Positions 60,250 to 64,000 of a stretch of DNA of 64,000 nucleotides are shown here, in pieces. The notes beneath the pieces were generated by a model. It was not told the DNA's origin and ran no database searches. It was given only the letters and a program-made list of their open reading frames with translations. The DNA comes from Gloeothece citriformis PCC 7424. Lineage in GTDB: Bacteria > Cyanobacteriota > Cyanobacteriia > Cyanobacteriales > Microcystaceae. A program made the translations under genes and the position numbers. Numbering within the stretch: the first letter of the stretch is position 1; each line of letters starts with the position of its first letter. The stretch lies in assembly GCF_000021825.1 (NCBI RefSeq), contig NC_011729.1, positions 1,698,919 through 1,762,918 of the forward strand, given 5' to 3'.

Positions 60250-61365
60250 ATGAAAAAAAGATTAGTCATTTGCTGCGATGGGACATGGCAGGAATTGGGG
60301 AGTACCTATCCAACTAATGTTATAAAACTGGCACGGTTAGTTAAATATATTGCTGATGATACAACCCCTCAACTGGTTTTATATTTACCAGGATGTGGAA
60401 CAGAAGTTAATCCTATAGAGCGTTTAGGGGGCGGTGCATTTGGATGGGGAATTGACAAAATTATTCAAGAAGCCTATCGCTTTTTATGTATAAATTATAG
60501 CTCCGAGACTCAGGATGAAATTTACCTATTTGGTTTTAGCCGAGGAGCTTATCTTGCTCGTTCTCTGGCTGGCATGATTTATAATTGTGGGATCTTACAA
60601 CGTTCTTTAATCCTAGAAATTCCTCAAGCCTATGAATTTTATCGAAACCGAAACATTAAACCTCGTTCTAAAGAAGCTAGAGATTTCCGTAAATACAAAT
60701 CACAAAGGATTAATGGGTCATATTTTATTCCTATCAAAATGTTAGGATGTTGGGATACAGTCGGAGCATTAGGAATTCCTGAGATAGTTCCTTGGTTACC
60801 CATTGCTGACTTATGGAATCAAAGATATAATTTTCATGATTATGAACTCAGCCCAATTATTGAAAATGCTTTTCATGCAGTAGCTATTGATGAAAAACGT
60901 AAAACTTTTACCCATACTCCTATGTATAAAAATGATAACAAACCCGATCAAGTTGTTGAAGAAGTCTGGTTTGCTGGTGAGCATGGTTGTGTTGGAGGAG
61001 GCACAGAAAAACATCGAGGCTTATCAGATTTTGCGTTAGAATGGATGATCAGTAAAGCAAAAAATTTAGGCTTAGAGTTTTGTCCCACAGAAAAAGAGGA
61101 GGATATAGAATTTCAGATTCTGCCTGATGCAACCATAGATTTTGATAATAGTGTTGAGCTACTTTTTCGCTTAGGAGGAGTAGGATGGCGAGACCTAGTA
61201 GACAAAAATCGTAAAATTTCTGATGATGGTATTCAAGTAGCTCCTAAAATTCATTCTAGTGTTATAGAACGGCTAAAAGCTCGTAAAGATTATCGTCCAG
61301 AAAATTTAAAACTCTTCCTTAATTTTGCTGAATTTTTCTCTCCTAAGTCTTTAAAACAATATTAA
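60250..61365 (+). CDS. DUF2235-family alpha/beta hydrolase (Tle1-like phospholipase fold)
   Basis: LVICCDGTWQ start and a GFSRGA nucleophile-elbow motif. Confidence 0.75.
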   Translation: MKKRLVICCDGTWQELGSTYPTNVIKLARLVKYIADDTTPQLVLYLPGCGTEVNPIERLGGGAFGWGIDKIIQEAYRFLCINYSSETQDEIYLFGFSRGAYLARSLAGMIYNCGILQRSLILEIPQAYEFYRNRNIKPRSKEARDFRKYKSQRINGSYFIPIKMLGCWDTVGALGIPEIVPWLPIADLWNQRYNFHDYELSPIIENAFHAVAIDEKRKTFTHTPMYKNDNKPDQVVEEVWFAGEHGCVGGGTEKHRGLSDFALEWMISKAKNLGLEFCPTEKEEDIEFQILPDATIDFDNSVELLFRLGGVGWRDLVDKNRKISDDGIQVAPKIHSSVIERLKARKDYRPENLKLFLNFAEFFSPKSLKQY

Positions 61366-61601
61366 ACTAGATAAGCTAAGACGGATTTAATTTTATCGTT
61401 AACTGAAGAAATAATCCGTCAAGCTACTCCGTATCCCTCAATAAATAGTTTAAGTGCGTAACAGCTTAGTAGGGTATCCCCTGCCCATTACAATTTTATA
61501 TATAGCCTTTTTTTAGAGGTTTGTAGTGGGTAGGTTACCCTAATACTAATAGACTCTAAACTCTATTAATTGATTAATCACAAAGCAAGTAGAGTATAGC
61601 A

Positions 61602-62048
61602 ATGACTCAAACCAATGATCTATATTCTTTATACGAGGTTGATAATGAAAAATGGTTAGCCCAAACTCTGAAACTTTTAAAAGAAAAAAAATTAGAAAAT
61701 CTCGACTTAGATCATTTAATTGAGGAATTAGAGGCGGTGATTCGTCGAGATAAATTAACCGTTGAAAGTTTTTTAGAACAAATTATTAGACATTTACTCC
61801 TTATTCAATATTGGACAGAAGAATATGACTATAATGCTAATCATTGGCAAGCTGAAATTATGAGTTTTAGGACTCAAATTAATGAGTATTTAACTCAAAA
61901 CCTGCGAAATCATTTACAAGAAAACCAAGCAAAAGTTTATCAAAAAGCTTTAAGATATGTCAGAAAAAAAACCGGCATGATGGTTGATTTTCCCGAAGAC
62001 TGTCCTTATACTCTCGAACAATTATTAGCTCAAGATTGGTTGCCTTAA
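61602..62048 (+). CDS. DUF29-family protein, second copy
   Basis: LYSLYEVDNEKWLAQTLKLLKE N-terminus is the DUF29 pattern. A paralogue lies at 22481-22882. Confidence 0.7.
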   Translation: MTQTNDLYSLYEVDNEKWLAQTLKLLKEKKLENLDLDHLIEELEAVIRRDKLTVESFLEQIIRHLLLIQYWTEEYDYNANHWQAEIMSFRTQINEYLTQNLRNHLQENQAKVYQKALRYVRKKTGMMVDFPEDCPYTLEQLLAQDWLP

Positions 62049-62168
62049 AAAGATTAGACTTCTTGTAGAAGTAAGTCAAAAGTCAAAGGTCAAAAGTCAG
62101 AAAATTGAATGATTTCTGTACTGCGATTAATTTTAATTTTATTTATGCTCATTGGTCTATTATATAGC

Positions 62169-62196
62169 GAGATGCGTCTTTAGAACGCATCCTACA
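62169..62196. repeat. Palindromic repeat family 1 copy
   Basis: gagatgcgtctttagaacgcatcctaca. Confidence 0.7.
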
Positions 62197-62221
62197 CCAT
62201 CCTCAGAAACCCGTCTCCGAA

Positions 62222-62392
62222 TGACTAATGACATGAAGAGTGAACAGTTAACAGTGAACAGTTAACAGTTATTAGTTTTCAGTATGATAGTATTAGTTTT
62301 CCAGTTTTAAGCTATTAACATGAAAGCTTTTTCACTGTTCACTGTTTACTGTCAACTGTTAACTAAAAACAATGACTAATGACTATTTAGAG
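62222..62392. repeat. Cluster of short tandem arrays: (GACTAAT)n, (GAACAGTTAACAGT)n and (TGACTAA)n at the gdhA stop
   Basis: gactaatgacatg…gtgaacagttaacagtgaacagttaacagtt…cactgttcactgtttactgtcaactgttaact…aatgactaatgactatttag. Confidence 0.6.
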
Positions 62393-63679
62393 ATGTCCGT
62401 TAATATAATAATTTCTTGTCCCTTTGGCATCTAAAGCTTCTCCAAGACGGTTTAAAGCATGAACATAAGCAGCAGTCCGCATGGTAATATTAAATTCCTG
62501 AGCAATTGACCAAACTTTTTGCGCTTCTGTCACCATATTTTCTTTAAGTCTTTCGTGAACTTCGGTTAAAGACCAATATAATCCATTGCGGTTTTGTACC
62601 CACTCAAAATAACTGACTGTTACTCCACCTGCATTGACTAAAATATCAGGAAAAACATAAATTCCTTTTTGGTCTAAAATACGATCAGCCGCCGAATTAA
62701 TCGGCCCGTTAGCGACTTCAAAAATATATTTAGCTTTGACATTATCTGCATTTGCTTCTGTAATTTGATTTTCTAACGCCGCCGGAATTAAGACATCCAC
62801 ATCTAAACTCAATAATTCTTCATTGGTAATGAGTTGATGGTCTTCAATATTACAGACCGTATCTTGACAATACATCGCTTTAATGCCTCGATGTTCCTGT
62901 TTATAACGGCGAATACTGGGAATATCTAACCCTTTTTCGGCATAAATTCCCCCTTGGGAGTCACTCACTGCCACTACCTTATAACCGCTTCTTGAGAGTA
63001 ATTCTGCCACCACTGCGCCCGCATTGCCAAACCCTTGCACCGCAATAGTGGTATTGTCGGGAACTAGGTCAAATTTGGGTAAAATCGCTTGCATAATATA
63101 AAAAGCTCCCCTTCCCGTTGCCGTTTCTCGTCCTTGACTTCCTCCCATTGTCAAGGGTTTCCCTGTCACTACTGCTGGGGAAATTTTCCGGCTGATGATG
63201 CTATATTGATCCATCATCCAGCCCATAATCATGGGATTGGTATAGACATCTGGTGCTAAAATATCCACATCAGGGCCGATAAAATCAGCGATCGCTTCAA
63301 TATAGCCTCGACTTAACCGTTCTAATTCATGTTTCGATAACTCTTTCGGGTTGACGGTAACTCCTCCCTTTGCTCCCCCAAAGGGTAAATTTAATAAAGC
63401 ACACTTAAAGGTCATCCAAAAAGCGAGAGATTGTACCTCATCGATGTTAACATTGGGATGGTATCTAACTCCGCCTTTACCAGGGCCACGAGTATCATCG
63501 TAGCGGACTCTATACCCCTGAAAAATCTTCAGTGAACCATCATCCATCCGTACCGGAATAGAAACACTTAAACTGGCCTTGGGATATTTTAATCGTTCTA
63601 TGGCATCCTCAGAAATAGAGACATATTTTAAAGCGGTTTCTAATCGAGTGCTAGCATCGGCTAATAAGGACTTAAGCAT
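62387..63679 (-). CDS. gdhA: NADP-specific glutamate dehydrogenase
   Basis: Glu/Leu/Phe/Val dehydrogenase signature (FGGAKGGV) and a Rossmann GFGNAG. Confidence 0.9.
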   Translation of the reverse strand: MLKSLLADASTRLETALKYVSISEDAIERLKYPKASLSVSIPVRMDDGSLKIFQGYRVRYDDTRGPGKGGVRYHPNVNIDEVQSLAFWMTFKCALLNLPFGGAKGGVTVNPKELSKHELERLSRGYIEAIADFIGPDVDILAPDVYTNPMIMGWMMDQYSIISRKISPAVVTGKPLTMGGSQGRETATGRGAFYIMQAILPKFDLVPDNTTIAVQGFGNAGAVVAELLSRSGYKVVAVSDSQGGIYAEKGLDIPSIRRYKQEHRGIKAMYCQDTVCNIEDHQLITNEELLSLDVDVLIPAALENQITEANADNVKAKYIFEVANGPINSAADRILDQKGIYVFPDILVNAGGVTVSYFEWVQNRNGLYWSLTEVHERLKENMVTEAQKVWSIAQEFNITMRTAAYVHALNRLGEALDAKGTRNYYINGHL

Positions 63680-63842
63680 ATCATGTTTTCTCCTTTGAAT
63701 TCCTGAGCAAGTTTTGACTAACTTTGTTGACTTCAGGTCGATTTCCTTCTACTTTCATTAAAACACATTTTTTGTATAAATAGCTACAGTTTATTTTTGT
63801 AAAGTATGGTAATAGAATTTCCCAAAAAACCCTTTAGCTTAT

Positions 63843-64000
63843 CATGATCATAGGACTTTTAGCGGCTCTTTCAGCCTCGGCGGCGGCAGGGATGAGAATT
63901 GCGTTACCCTTGTTGATTATTGGGCTGTTGCATAGCGAGTTATGGTCTCAAGTTCCTGTGCTTTCTCGGCTTCATCCGGCGGTTTTATTAACGATTTTGA
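63843..64000 (+). CDS. Hypothetical membrane protein, 5' part (runs off the window end)
   Basis: ATG at 63843 opens a hydrophobic ORF, MIIGLLAALSASAAAGMRIALPLLIIGLL…, that continues to the window edge. Confidence 0.3.

Noticed and set aside
1-64000. CRISPR array or rRNA operon
   Set aside because: No run of regularly spaced 28-37-bp direct repeats and no rRNA-like conserved stretches were seen. The tandem repeats present are 7-10-nt microsatellite-like arrays, not CRISPR.

Overview
This 64 kb window looks like a cyanobacterial chromosome segment. It carries psbB (CP47), a psbA-family gene, an NdhD-type gene, a ThiO–ThiG fusion, many HIP1 (GCGATCGC) sites and numerous short repeat families. 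By eye it is roughly 35–40 % GC. Ordinary housekeeping genes include uvrC, ruvB, hisF, rsmI, pgk, nnr, ylqF/rbgA, gdhA, htrA, a PII gene and comEC. Accessory content is interleaved with them. A psbA homologue has substituted Mn-cluster ligands (rogue/sentinel D1 type). An AT-rich islet encodes a TIR–Mrr-type nuclease fusion with an overlapping PD-(D/E)xK-like partner, which is the best candidate for an undescribed defence module. A second TIR protein sits beside a DUF2281 antitoxin-like ORF and a PNK-like P-loop kinase. There is a MurT/GatD pair, two tandem cytochrome P450s next to a sulfotransferase, a frameshifted ISL3 transposase, an IS605 TnpB remnant, and one clear tRNA-Ala plus two tightly packed tRNA-like genes. 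At least eight short repeat families were seen, including palindromic hairpins, heptamer arrays sitting exactly at gene boundaries, and a ~110 bp element upstream of uvrC and thiOG. No CRISPR array or rRNA was seen. All calls come from reading the translations and the DNA by eye; no database search was run.
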